Of a stretch of 64,000 bases of DNA, positions 28,798-38,484 are shown piece after piece. The notes below the pieces were generated by a model. That model worked only from the letters and a program-made list of their open reading frames with translations, ran no database searches and was not told the origin of the DNA. The stretch lies in assembly GCA_963837465.1 (NCBI GenBank), contig CAWINB010000004.1, positions 138,853 through 202,852 of the forward strand, written 5' to 3'. Made by a program: the position numbers and the translations under genes. Every line of letters begins with the position of its first letter. Within the stretch, counting starts at the first letter, position 1. This DNA is from Candidatus Doudnabacteria bacterium (GTDB lineage: Bacteria > Patescibacteriota > Doudnabacteria > UBA920).

Positions 28798-29529
28798 ATG
28801 GAAATTAGTTTAAAAAACCTGTTTAAAGAACTCGGGGTTAACGATGAACAAGCTAAGGTTTATTTGGCGGCTTTGGAGTTGGGACAGGCCAATATGAATG
28901 AGTTGGCTGAAAAGGCCGGGTTAAAAAGAACCAGTGTTTATAATTATGTAGATGAACTTATAGAAAAAAAGTTAATAACTACCGGTAAAAAAAGAAAGCG
29001 CACGGTTTATAGCGCCATTCATCCAAATATGCTTATGGAAATAGAAAAAGCCCGGCTCAGCGAGCTAGAAAGAAATCTGCCGGAACTTTTAGCTGTTTAT
29101 AACAAATCAAAAACCAAACCTAAAGTAACTTTTTATGAAGGCATAAACGGTATAAAAACTGTTTTACAGGATATGCTAAAAGAAAAACAAACAATATCCG
29201 CATTCAGCGATTTTAAACATATGGCCGCGGTATTCGGTGATTATTACTTTGATGTTTTTCCGCCTGAACGGGCCAAGCGGGGGATTGTTTCCCGCAACAT
29301 TGTTCCAGACACGCCAAAAGCCCGTGAGCTGGCAAAAAAAGACGCCCGATATTTGCGCCAAACAAAATTTTTACAAATTCCCGACTTAAAAACTGAAATA
29401 AATATTTACGCCAACAAAGTTGCTCTTAACAGCTACCAAAGTAGTCCGCCCTTTGGAGTAATTATTGAAGATCATGACATAGCGGAAACCCTACGCGCTG
29501 TCTGGCAACAGCTTTGGAATAGAATTTAA
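28798..29529 (+). CDS. TrmB-like transcriptional regulator 3
   Basis: AKVYLAALELG, KRTSVY, FYEGING, EINIYANKV. Confidence 0.9.
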   Translation: MEISLKNLFKELGVNDEQAKVYLAALELGQANMNELAEKAGLKRTSVYNYVDELIEKKLITTGKKRKRTVYSAIHPNMLMEIEKARLSELERNLPELLAVYNKSKTKPKVTFYEGINGIKTVLQDMLKEKQTISAFSDFKHMAAVFGDYYFDVFPPERAKRGIVSRNIVPDTPKARELAKKDARYLRQTKFLQIPDLKTEINIYANKVALNSYQSSPPFGVIIEDHDIAETLRAVWQQLWNRI

Positions 29530-29613
29530 TACTATCTAAGAGGCCATAAAGGTTCCTGCCACCTTTACTTTTCTGATATGGCTTTAACCATCTACTTATG
29601 TAAAAATATAAAT

Positions 29614-29877
29614 ATGACTCAAAAGTATTATAAAAGAATTATTATTGACCAAAAAGTTATGGTCGGCAAACCGGTTATTAAAGGCACCCGAATTACCGTG
29701 GAGTTAATTTTGCGTTTTTTGTCCCAGGGGCAAACCGTTACGGAGATTTTAAAAAATTATCCGCATTTGGAAGCCGAGGATGTTTACGCGGCCATTGAAT
29801 ACGCCACTGAACTGGTGGAAGAACAAACTGTTTTTCCGCTAAATCATACTTATGCAAAAACCAAAGCTGCTGCTTGA
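29614..29877 (+). CDS. DUF433 antitoxin
   Basis: GKPVIKGTRITV...YPHLEAEDVYAAIEYA. Confidence 0.9.
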   Translation: MTQKYYKRIIIDQKVMVGKPVIKGTRITVELILRFLSQGQTVTEILKNYPHLEAEDVYAAIEYATELVEEQTVFPLNHTYAKTKAAA

Positions 29878-29958
29878 AATTTAATATTCAAACAGCACCG
29901 GGGAAAACTGAAAAACAAATTCGTCGCCGCCACAGAAACAAAAATCCGCCTGCGTTAA
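29852..29958 (+). pseudogene. Internally deleted DUF5615 PIN-like toxin remnant
   Basis: N-terminal MQKPKLLLE joined out of frame to C-terminal KLKNKFVAATETKIRLR*, directly after DUF433. Confidence 0.6.
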
Positions 29959-30044
29959 TATCGCAAGGCCAAGTCGACAATCCTTACTTTAAAAATGATT
30001 TAGCGCTGGTATTTTGGATAGTTCCATCTCTTGCATAATTTTTT

Positions 30045-30578
30045 ATGGAAGCTCAAGAATTTGACAAACTAAGCCAATTTCAAACTGCATCGTTTGCTCT
30101 TTGGGATCCTGAGGATATTACAAATATCGAATATATCAAATCTCTCATCTCCCAACTTAATTCTCGTTTTATTATTCTTGGATTAAATCCTTCTGGCAAA
30201 ATGGGTTTTTTAAAAAATTTTCATTACGGTAGATATGATATCTGGTACCAAGAAGTGTTTTCACAATCTCCATTTAAAGGATGCTATATGAGCGACTTCA
30301 TTTCCTATTCTGGGGTAAAGGCATCTCAAGTGATGAAAAAATGGAAAAAAGATGAAAAATTCAGAAATAAAAACATAAAAAATTTAAGAAAACAGTTTGG
30401 AATTCTGAAAATAAAAAAATCTGCGACATTTATATGTATTGGAAAAAGCACTTGGGATTTATTTCAAAAATCCTTTCCTTTATACATAAAAGTGTTTTAC
30501 CTAAAGCACCCAAATACCCCTGGAACAACGCGAGCGAATTTTATAAATGAAGTACATAAGATTACAAAAAAGTTATAA
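30045..30578 (+). CDS. Hypothetical protein, possibly UDG-like fold
   Basis: ILGLNPSG, YMSDFI, LKHP motifs; low GC. Confidence 0.6.
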   Translation: MEAQEFDKLSQFQTASFALWDPEDITNIEYIKSLISQLNSRFIILGLNPSGKMGFLKNFHYGRYDIWYQEVFSQSPFKGCYMSDFISYSGVKASQVMKKWKKDEKFRNKNIKNLRKQFGILKIKKSATFICIGKSTWDLFQKSFPLYIKVFYLKHPNTPGTTRANFINEVHKITKKL

Positions 30579-30608
30579 TAAAACACCTTTCGCTAGTTGA
30601 AGGGTGTT

Positions 30609-31079
30609 TTATGCTTTTGCTCTTATGACAACTTTCCTGTAGGGTTCGTTGCCGAGGCTGCTGCTTTCTATTTCTGGGTGGTTTTCCTGGAGGTAGGCGT
30701 GGATGAGGCGGCGTTCGTAGTTGGGCATTGGTTCTAAGGCTTGGGCGCGGCCGGTGTTTTTGGCTTTTTGGGCCGCGGCTTTGGCGGTTTCTTTTAAGAA
30801 CCATTCGCGCTTTCTTTTGTAATCATCCACGTCCAGGGTAAACCAAAACGGTTCCGGCGAGTTTAGCTTCTTGCCGGCCAAAGCCTGGACCAAAATCTGC
30901 AAAGCGTGCAGTGTGGCGCCTTGTTTGCCTATAAGTAAATAGGAATCGGGCGAACTGATATTAAACACCAACCCTTTGGTAATACTGTCTTCAAATTCCA
31001 CGCTGCCGGAAATACCGCACTGCTCCAGCAATTCGGTAACAACATTTTTTACTATTTCGATTTTGTTGTAGTCGGTCAT
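30609..31079 (-). CDS. jag: Jag/EloR KH-R3H RNA-binding protein
   Basis: LIGKQGATLHALQ, ERRLIH; downstream of yidC. Confidence 0.9.
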   Translation of the reverse strand: MTDYNKIEIVKNVVTELLEQCGISGSVEFEDSITKGLVFNISSPDSYLLIGKQGATLHALQILVQALAGKKLNSPEPFWFTLDVDDYKRKREWFLKETAKAAAQKAKNTGRAQALEPMPNYERRLIHAYLQENHPEIESSSLGNEPYRKVVIRAKA

Positions 31080-31137
31080 TGGGTAAGGAAGGGGATAGGG
31101 ATTAGGGTATAGGGAGGGGGTAGTATGCAGGGGGCGC

Positions 31138-31875
31138 TTATGAGACAACCGTGACTTTCGGTTGCTGCCTTATTATATAGTACTGCTGGCCTACGGCAAA
31201 CAAAGTGGTAACAACCCAGTAAAGCGGCAAACCGGCCGGAAGCCTTAGGGCAATAACAATGCTGATTACGGGCAAAACATAAGTAGTCTGCATGGTTAAA
31301 GCCTTAACCGTAGCGTCCTGCTGGCCGCTGACTTTGGGCATAAGAAGTTTTGATTGCCAAAATTGCGCGAGACCCGCCAGCACAGCCAATATCCAGCTGG
31401 GGCTGGATAAATTAATAATCTTTAAGAAGTACGGACTGATGCTTTTGGGAGCCGGCACAAATTTGTACAAGCCCTGCAAGCGCTGGGCAATATTCAAAGC
31501 CGGATTCAGAGCCACCCTAAATGCCTGGTACAGGCCAATTAAGATTGGCAACTGTATAACCAGGGGCAGACAGGAAGCAAAGGGGTTGATCTTATTTTCT
31601 TTATAAAGCTCCATCATAGCCTTGGCCTGGCCTTCTTTATCATCTTTATATTTTTCCCGCACCGCGTTGAGCTTGGGCTGCAAATCATTCATAGCCCTCT
31701 GGCTTTTTATGGACCGGCTAAAACTGGGCGCCAAAACCAAACGGATTAAGATAGTCAAAAGAATAATAACTACCCCAATATCATGTCCCGGAATGATATT
31801 GTAAAAAAACACCAGCAAATTTAAAAGCGGGCGGTAAATGACGTCGTTATAAGCAATTACGATAGCGTGAAGCAT
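31138..31875 (-). CDS. yidC: Membrane protein insertase YidC
   Basis: LQPKL, INPFASCLPLVIQLP, GLPLYW. Confidence 0.95.
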   Translation of the reverse strand: MLHAIVIAYNDVIYRPLLNLLVFFYNIIPGHDIGVVIILLTILIRLVLAPSFSRSIKSQRAMNDLQPKLNAVREKYKDDKEGQAKAMMELYKENKINPFASCLPLVIQLPILIGLYQAFRVALNPALNIAQRLQGLYKFVPAPKSISPYFLKIINLSSPSWILAVLAGLAQFWQSKLLMPKVSGQQDATVKALTMQTTYVLPVISIVIALRLPAGLPLYWVVTTLFAVGQQYYIIRQQPKVTVVS

Positions 31876-31888
31876 AAAAATATGAGTT

Positions 31889-32161
31889 TCAGTTTGTGTA
31901 AAACTTACCGGGAACCGCGTCAACCTTAGGCTGGGACCAGGGATGGCAGCGCGACAGTCTCATAACAGCCAAAACCATTCCCTTAAAAGCCCCAAACCTT
32001 TCTATGGCCTCTGTGGCGTATTGGCTGCAGGAGGGATAAAAGCGGCAATAACCGTGGGGAAAGCGGTATTTAAGCCAGCTGTGATCGGGCGATAGCAATG
32101 TTTGATAGCTCATAATTAGCGCTACGAGCATTCTTTTGGGAAGGTTGGCAAAAAAATTCAT
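31889..32161 (-). CDS. yidD: Membrane protein insertion efficiency factor YidD
   Basis: CRFYPSCSQY, RCHPW. Confidence 0.95.
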   Translation of the reverse strand: MNFFANLPKRMLVALIMSYQTLLSPDHSWLKYRFPHGYCRFYPSCSQYATEAIERFGAFKGMVLAVMRLSRCHPWSQPKVDAVPGKFYTN

Positions 32162-32490
32162 CATCTTATTTTATTTAAAAGCTGTAAAAAGTAGCTTAGC
32201 CTGTCAGCTTCGGGCAAACGCGAGACTTTTGGCTTGGCCATAATCATATAGTCGCCTTTTTTAAAATCTCCCATATTCTTGCGTAAATTTTCCCTGATTA
32301 TCCTCTTTAAGCGGTTTCTGGCCACCGCCGCTTTAAAGACTTTTGTTGAAACCACAACAGCAAAACGGGGAGACCCGGACGCCGAGGCCAAAAACTTGAT
32401 ATTGTAAAAAGGGTTAAAAAAAGTCCGCCCTCTGGCAAACGCAGTTTGAATGTCTTTGTCTTTGGCCAGGCGGTTTTTTTTGTGAAGCAT
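32161..32490 (-). CDS. rnpA: RNase P protein component
   Basis: AVARNRLKR motif; synteny. Confidence 0.93.
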   Translation of the reverse strand: MLHKKNRLAKDKDIQTAFARGRTFFNPFYNIKFLASASGSPRFAVVVSTKVFKAAVARNRLKRIIRENLRKNMGDFKKGDYMIMAKPKVSRLPEADRLSYFLQLLNKIR

Positions 32491-32596
32491 AGCGAGAAAT
32501 GACAAAAGTTAAAAAAATAATAAAAATGACAAAAATATCTGTTCCCACATTTTTTTAACTTTTATTATTTTTGCTCATTTTTGTCATGTCCTTAGG

Positions 32597-32731
32597 CTAT
32601 ACCGACAGCTTCTTCCGACCTTTGGCACGGCGGCGCGCCAGAACATTGCGGCCGGTCTTGGTTTCCATGCGCTTTAAAAAACCGTGGCGGCGCTTTCTTC
32701 TTTTAACTTTTGGCTGGTAAGTTCTTTTCAT
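32597..32731 (-). CDS. rpmH: 50S ribosomal protein L34
   Basis: [44 protein letters not shown] (below ORF-track cutoff). Confidence 0.97.
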   Translation of the reverse strand: MKRTYQPKVKRRKRRHGFLKRMETKTGRNVLARRRAKGRKKLSV

Positions 32732-33009
32732 ATTGACTAATTATAAAGAAACTCCTGCTTTTGGTCAACCCAAAAAATCTTTTAAAATTTTTTAAAAGCC
32801 TCTCCCACAACTTTTCCACAGTATATTAACAGGCTCTATAAAAACCTTTATAAACAAGGGGGTTATTGCCTAATTTACATGTTGATAAGTCCCTGCTAGA
32901 CTACAGAAACAATAAACTTCCCGGGAAAAACTGCGGAATTTTACAGTTTATTCCCGTAATGCAATTGTTTTTTGTGGTTTTCCGTGAATCCGCGCTAATT
33001 TTTTGCAGT
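32732..33009. other. Probable oriC region (upstream of dnaA)
   Basis: DnaA-box-like ttttccaca 32812-32820 and tgttgataa 32880-32888 between rpmH and dnaA. Confidence 0.6.
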
Positions 33010-34365
33010 ATGAATAACCAGCAACTTTGGCAGGCCATTTTAGGAAATATGGAAGTCTCACTCAGCAAAGCCAACTTTAACACCTGGTTTAAAAACACCA
33101 GCATTGTGGAACGCGGCAGCGACTCCATGATTGTAGGGGTTCCCAGCGCTTTTAGCCGCGACTGGATTGCCAGCAAGTATCATCAGGAGATTTTAAAAGC
33201 CCTTAAAAGCCTGGCTCCGGAAATTAAGGAAATAAAATATCAGCTCGCCAGCCAGGCAAATACCGGCCAAAGCAAAGCGTCCGCCGTTAAGGAACCGCGC
33301 GAAGAAACGGCTCAAAAAGAGCTGGCCGCGCCCACACCTTCTTCCCGCAGCGGCCTTAATCCCAAATATACTTTTGAGACTCTGATTGTCGGCAAAAACA
33401 ACGAGCTGGCCCACGCGGCCGGCCAAGCCGTGGCCAAAAACCCCGGCACCCAATACAATCCTTTGTTTATTTACGGCGGGGTAGGTTTGGGCAAAACACA
33501 TCTTATGCACGCGGCCGGCCACAGGCTGATCCAAAACAATCCCAAAGCCCGGATACTTTACATTACCTCGGAAAAATTCGCCAATGATTATATAGATGCC
33601 ATCAAACAAAAACGCATGGAAGGGTTTAAAAAAGAATACCGGAGCGTGGATGCTTTACTGATTGATGATATTCAGTTTATGGCCGGCAAAGAAGGGTTCC
33701 AGGAAGAATTTTTCCACACTTTTAACGAACTGCGGGACAAAGGACGCCAGATTATAATTACTTCGGACCGGCCGCCGAAAGAAATTCCCGGGGTGGAACA
33801 GCGTTTGGTTTCCCGCTTTGAATGGGGGATGGTGGCTGACATCCAGGCTCCGGATTTGGAAACCCGTATGGCGATCCTGCGCACTAAAATGGAAAAAAAA
33901 GGCGTTGTTTTGGGCGAAGATATCCTGTTTTACATTGCTGAAAACGTTATCAGTAACATTCGGGAGCTGGAAGGCGCGCTTAACCGGCTGGCTGTTTACC
34001 AGCAAATGGAAAACCGCGGTTTGGTTTTGGACCAAGCCAAAACCATTTTGGCCAGCATTGTCGGGATAAAGAAAAGGGTAACATCGGCTAAAAAAATAGC
34101 GGAATCGGTGGCCGAGTTCTATAATATCAGCATGGAAGACCTGATTAAGCAATCGCGAAAAAAAGAATTCGTTAAGCCGCGCCAGGTAGCCATGTATTTA
34201 ATCAGAAAAGAATTGGATAATTCCTTCCCCTCCATTGGAGATTTCTTCGGCGGGCGCGACCACACTACGGTTATGCACGCGGTGGAAAAAATGACAAACC
34301 TTATTTCCCAAAAAGAAGATTTTAAGCAAGAAGTGGATTTAATTCTGGATAAACTGTTCATATAA
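33010..34365 (+). CDS. dnaA: Chromosomal replication initiator DnaA
   Basis: YNPLFIYGGVGLGKTHL, SRFEWG, GGRDHTTVMHA. Confidence 0.99.
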   Translation: MNNQQLWQAILGNMEVSLSKANFNTWFKNTSIVERGSDSMIVGVPSAFSRDWIASKYHQEILKALKSLAPEIKEIKYQLASQANTGQSKASAVKEPREETAQKELAAPTPSSRSGLNPKYTFETLIVGKNNELAHAAGQAVAKNPGTQYNPLFIYGGVGLGKTHLMHAAGHRLIQNNPKARILYITSEKFANDYIDAIKQKRMEGFKKEYRSVDALLIDDIQFMAGKEGFQEEFFHTFNELRDKGRQIIITSDRPPKEIPGVEQRLVSRFEWGMVADIQAPDLETRMAILRTKMEKKGVVLGEDILFYIAENVISNIRELEGALNRLAVYQQMENRGLVLDQAKTILASIVGIKKRVTSAKKIAESVAEFYNISMEDLIKQSRKKEFVKPRQVAMYLIRKELDNSFPSIGDFFGGRDHTTVMHAVEKMTNLISQKEDFKQEVDLILDKLFI

Positions 34366-34544
34366 AATACCGGCGTGGCAGTTCTATAAACCCGCCCCCA
34401 AAAAACACCGGGGTTAGCAACAAAAATATCCCCAGGCAAAAACCGGTTTTACTGACAAAATATTGGCATTAAATGGTTATCCACTATTCAACAAGCCTTA
34501 TTGTTAATATTACTTGTTTAAACAAATAAATAATTTATAACCAC
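34366..34544. other. dnaA-dnaN intergenic, probable second oriC half with AT-rich unwinding region
   Basis: ttatccact 34477-34485 followed by AT-rich tract. Confidence 0.55.
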
Positions 34545-35645
34545 ATGAAAATAATTTGCACACAGGAAAATTTGAAAACCGCCTTGTCCGGAGTCGGCAG
34601 GATAGTATCCACTTCCAACACCTTGCCCATTCTCAGCAACCTTTTACTGAAAACTGAAAACGGCCTGTTAAAAATATCTTCCACGAATCTTGAAATAGCC
34701 ATTACCACACAAGCCAGGTGCAAAGTGGAACAGGATGGCGATGTTACCGTATCGGGCAAAGTTATTATGGATTTAATTAACAATATGCCCAACAAAAATA
34801 TTGTTCTGGAAACCCTGGGCGGCGAAATGAAAATAGAAGCTGAAAATTATCACACCGCCATAAAAACCCTGCCGGCCGAAGAATTCCCCTTGATCCCGCG
34901 AATAGAGGGTGGTGAAACCCTGGTCTTGGACGCGCGGGAACTCAAAAACTCTTTGGATAAGGTTGTTTTTGCCGCCTCGACCAACCAAACCCAGCCGGAA
35001 ATTTCGGGAGTAATGTTTGGTTTGGATAAAACGGAGTTAAGAATCGTGGCCACCGACCGCTATCGTCTGGCTGAAAAAAAAATAACATTGAAAAGCGCCG
35101 TAAAAAACGCGCAAGCGGTTATTATCCCCCAAAAAACCATGGTGGAACTGTCGCGGGTTATTGGCAGCCAGAGCGGGGATGTTGAAGTAAATTTAGGCGC
35201 GAACCAGATCGGGATGGTTTTTAAAGACATAAAAATAATCAGCCGCTTAATAGACGGCCAGTACCCGGATTATGAACAAATTATCCCGGAAAGCTTCGCC
35301 ACCACTTCCATTGTCCCGGCCCAGGCCCTGGTTAAGGCATTAAGAGCCGCGGCGGTTTTTAGCCAGAGTGGCAACAGTGTAAAGTTTGAATTTTCCCAAG
35401 AGCGGCAGATTCTGGTTGTTGCCGCCGAATCCCAGGAATTGGGCGGCGGGACGGTGGAAATACCGGCTGCCATAAACGGGCCCGGCGGACAGGTGATTTT
35501 TAATTACCATTATGTTTTGGATTGTTTAACCAGCCTGGAAAGCGATAATGTTAATTTTAAAATGATTAATGACGACTCTCCCGCCTTAATGGTTCCCGAA
35601 GGAGTCGGTGGTTATATTTATTTGGTAATGCCTATTAAGACTTAA
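34545..35645 (+). CDS. dnaN: DNA polymerase III beta clamp
   Basis: TLPILSN, ATDRYRL, LVMPIK. Confidence 0.98.
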   Translation: MKIICTQENLKTALSGVGRIVSTSNTLPILSNLLLKTENGLLKISSTNLEIAITTQARCKVEQDGDVTVSGKVIMDLINNMPNKNIVLETLGGEMKIEAENYHTAIKTLPAEEFPLIPRIEGGETLVLDARELKNSLDKVVFAASTNQTQPEISGVMFGLDKTELRIVATDRYRLAEKKITLKSAVKNAQAVIIPQKTMVELSRVIGSQSGDVEVNLGANQIGMVFKDIKIISRLIDGQYPDYEQIIPESFATTSIVPAQALVKALRAAAVFSQSGNSVKFEFSQERQILVVAAESQELGGGTVEIPAAINGPGGQVIFNYHYVLDCLTSLESDNVNFKMINDDSPALMVPEGVGGYIYLVMPIKT

Positions 35646-35648
35646 TAT

Positions 35649-36740
35649 ATGAGAATAAAAAATATTAAGATAAAAAACTTCCGTAATTATCCAAGTTTGG
35701 ATATCGAAATAAGCAGTGACACTGTGGTCTTAACCGGGCCTAACGCGGTTGGCAAGACCAACCTTTTGGAATCGGTCTATTTTGCCTCTTTGTTTAAGTC
35801 GTTCCGCGACGATACGGAATTTATTTTTCTGAAAGATTCAAAAAGCCTGGAGCTTAGGCTGGTTTTGGAAAAAGAAGGGGTTGCGCGCGAGCTGGGAATA
35901 TTTTTGGAAAAGCGCGATAAAATTTACGCCAATTTTGTTATTGACGGAGTTAAGAAAAAACGCCGCGAGGCCCAGGGTTTTATAAGCGTGGTTATTTTTG
36001 ATCCCACGGATGTTGATATGTTTACCAAGACTCCGGACTTCCGGCGCAAGTACCTTAACATGGTTCTGTCGCAAAAAAATCCGGAATACTTGGAAGCCTT
36101 GGCCAATTATAAAAAAGCCCTGTTCCAAAAAAACCGCCTGCTTTTGGAAATGAAGGTCGGCCGCAGCCAGGGTGAAGATTTGGCCTCCTGGAACGACCAG
36201 TTGGTAGCGTGGGGCAGCGCCATAATAGTGGAAAGAAAAAAATTTGTCGGTTTTTTAAACACCAGGGTCGCTGATATTTACACCACAATTTCAGGTTTCC
36301 ACCGCCCCGTGGAAGTTGTTTATGATACCTTAGCCGGCTCCGCGGCCGAAGAAATAGCCGAGAGTTTTAGCCAAAAATTGCAAAGCCTGCAGCGCAAAGA
36401 GGCTTTACTCGCCGCTTCCCTGGTTGGCCCGCACCGCGACGATTTTTCGTTAAAGAGCGACGGGCTGTATTTATCGCCTTTTTCTTCGCGCGGGGAATTG
36501 CGCAGCCAGGTTTTGGCCTTAAAAATTTTAGAGCTGGAATACCTCAGCCGCGGCGAAGAAAAACCGATTTTGCTTTTGGATGACGTACTGTCGGAACTGG
36601 ACGAGACGCGCCGGACATTTTTGCTCAAATTTTTACAGGGAAAGTTTCAGACTTTTATCACCACCACTCACCCACTGGAAATGCCGGCCCAGCACATTAC
36701 CTTGTCGCCAGCCGTGGAAGAACAGGAAATAAAAAATTAA
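35649..36740 (+). CDS. recF: RecF
   Basis: NFRNY, GPNAVGKTNLLE, GPHRDD, LLLDDVLSELD. Confidence 0.97.
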   Translation: MRIKNIKIKNFRNYPSLDIEISSDTVVLTGPNAVGKTNLLESVYFASLFKSFRDDTEFIFLKDSKSLELRLVLEKEGVARELGIFLEKRDKIYANFVIDGVKKKRREAQGFISVVIFDPTDVDMFTKTPDFRRKYLNMVLSQKNPEYLEALANYKKALFQKNRLLLEMKVGRSQGEDLASWNDQLVAWGSAIIVERKKFVGFLNTRVADIYTTISGFHRPVEVVYDTLAGSAAEEIAESFSQKLQSLQRKEALLAASLVGPHRDDFSLKSDGLYLSPFSSRGELRSQVLALKILELEYLSRGEEKPILLLDDVLSELDETRRTFLLKFLQGKFQTFITTTHPLEMPAQHITLSPAVEEQEIKN

Positions 36741-36746
36741 AAACAA

Positions 36747-37055
36747 ATGTTAAAACATAATCAGGGGTTTGACAAGATAGATAAGATTTTACCCGGAGTC
36801 GCCAAAAGCCATAACCTGGAACAAGCGCTTTATCGGCACCAGGCCTTAAGGTATTGGCAGGAGGCCGCCTGCGCTTTTGTGGAAGAATGCCGGAACCTGA
36901 CCCGGGCGGTTGATTTAAAAAAAGGGGTGTTGATTGTCGCCTGTCTGTCACGACAGGCCGCTTATAAGATCAAGCTGCTGGCTGAAAAAATTATAGAGGT
37001 TTTAAACAAGCTGGTTGGCAGAAAGGTGGTTTTCGCCATTAGTATTGAATTATAG
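36747..37055 (+). CDS. DUF721/DciA family protein
   Basis: Position after recF; W...T.A...GVLIV pattern. Confidence 0.8.
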   Translation: MLKHNQGFDKIDKILPGVAKSHNLEQALYRHQALRYWQEAACAFVEECRNLTRAVDLKKGVLIVACLSRQAAYKIKLLAEKIIEVLNKLVGRKVVFAISIEL

Positions 37056-37078
37056 GCTTAACTTCCGATTTTAGAAAC

Positions 37079-37669
37079 ATGATCATTTTACAGAATTTTG
37101 TCGCCGGTCTGTCCTACTATCGCTATGTGCTGGCGTTTTTTTTGGCCATTGTGGAAGGGCCGATGGTCATGGTGGCCAGCGGCATTTTGCTGCGCCTGCG
37201 GTTTTTTTATTTTTTACCCATTTATCTTTGCCTGATGCTGGGGGATTTTGTGGCCGATCTGGCTTGGTACGGCGTGGGATATTACGGCGGCCGCGGTTTT
37301 GTGGAGCGCTTTGGAAAATATTTCAGCCTGACTCCCGAAGTCTTGGAAAAAATCGAGCATTTTTTTAAAAAGCACCAGGATAAAATTTTATTTATTTCCA
37401 AAATTACCATGGGTTTTGGTTTTGCCCTGGCCACTTTGGTTACCGCGGGTTTGGTCAGGATAAATTTTAAAAAATACGCCCTGTTTAATTTTTTAGGGGG
37501 ATTTATCTGGACCGGCATCCTCGTTGGCCTGGGATATTTTTTTGGAAACCTTTACGCTTTGCTTAATAAAGGATTTAAAGCTGTTTTTATAATCGGCTTG
37601 GTGGTTTTTATGCTGGCGTTGCTTTATGGCGGCGGCCGTTATTTTAAGACTTTGTTATTAAAAAAGTAA
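37079..37669 (+). CDS. DedA family membrane protein
   Basis: EGP, GD...YG.G, F..FN.LG..IW. Confidence 0.9.
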   Translation: MIILQNFVAGLSYYRYVLAFFLAIVEGPMVMVASGILLRLRFFYFLPIYLCLMLGDFVADLAWYGVGYYGGRGFVERFGKYFSLTPEVLEKIEHFFKKHQDKILFISKITMGFGFALATLVTAGLVRINFKKYALFNFLGGFIWTGILVGLGYFFGNLYALLNKGFKAVFIIGLVVFMLALLYGGGRYFKTLLLKK

Positions 37670-37672
37670 ACC

Positions 37673-38398
37673 ATGATTTCATTTATAATCCCGACGTTGC
37701 AGGAGGAAAAAGTCATGGAAAAGATTTTAAAAAATCTTAGGCAAATTTCCTCCTTTGATTATGAAATTATTGTTTCCGACGGCGGCAGTAAGGATAAAAC
37801 CCGGGAAATTGCTTCCGGCTATGCCGACAAAGTGGTTGTTTACAGCGGAACAAAGCGTCAAACCATTGGACAGGCCAAGAATTTAGGCGCGAAACAGGCG
37901 GCGGGAGAATTTTTGGTGTTTTTGGACGCGGATATTTATGTGCCGGAGCCGGATAAATTTTTTGCCCGCGCCCTTAAGCACTTTGAAGGCGACGGCAGGC
38001 TTGTGGCTTTAAGCGGCTGGCTGAGAGTTTTTCCGGAAATGGAAACCTTTGGCGACAAAATCGGTTACGGTATTTTGACCAATTGGTCGCTGGTGGTAAA
38101 TAACAATATTTTAAGAACCGGCGCCGGATGCGGCGAATTTGCCATGATACGAGCCAGGGACTTTAATAAAGTCGGCGGCTACAGGGAAGATTTGGCCGTG
38201 GACGAAGACCAGGACCTGCCCCGGCGTCTGGTTAAAATCGGCCGCACCAAAACCGATCCCCAGCTTTTGCTTTTTCATACCGGCCGCCGCCCCCACGCCA
38301 TAGGCTGGCCCAGGCTTTTGTGGCAATGGACCACCAACTGGCTGTCCCTGGTTTTATTGAATCACTCCGCGGATACGGAGTGGAAGGTTATAAGGTAG
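37673..38398 (+). CDS. Glycosyltransferase family 2
   Basis: SFIIPT, VSDGGSKD, FLDAD, GGY..ED. Confidence 0.9.
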   Translation: MISFIIPTLQEEKVMEKILKNLRQISSFDYEIIVSDGGSKDKTREIASGYADKVVVYSGTKRQTIGQAKNLGAKQAAGEFLVFLDADIYVPEPDKFFARALKHFEGDGRLVALSGWLRVFPEMETFGDKIGYGILTNWSLVVNNNILRTGAGCGEFAMIRARDFNKVGGYREDLAVDEDQDLPRRLVKIGRTKTDPQLLLFHTGRRPHAIGWPRLLWQWTTNWLSLVLLNHSADTEWKVIR

Positions 38399-38484
38399 TC
38401 TCTGATCTTTATTGGCCAGCTAGAGAAACTTCGTTTTAATTTAGGCGCCTTTTGATATATTTGCTTTATTATTTCTTTACAAAA

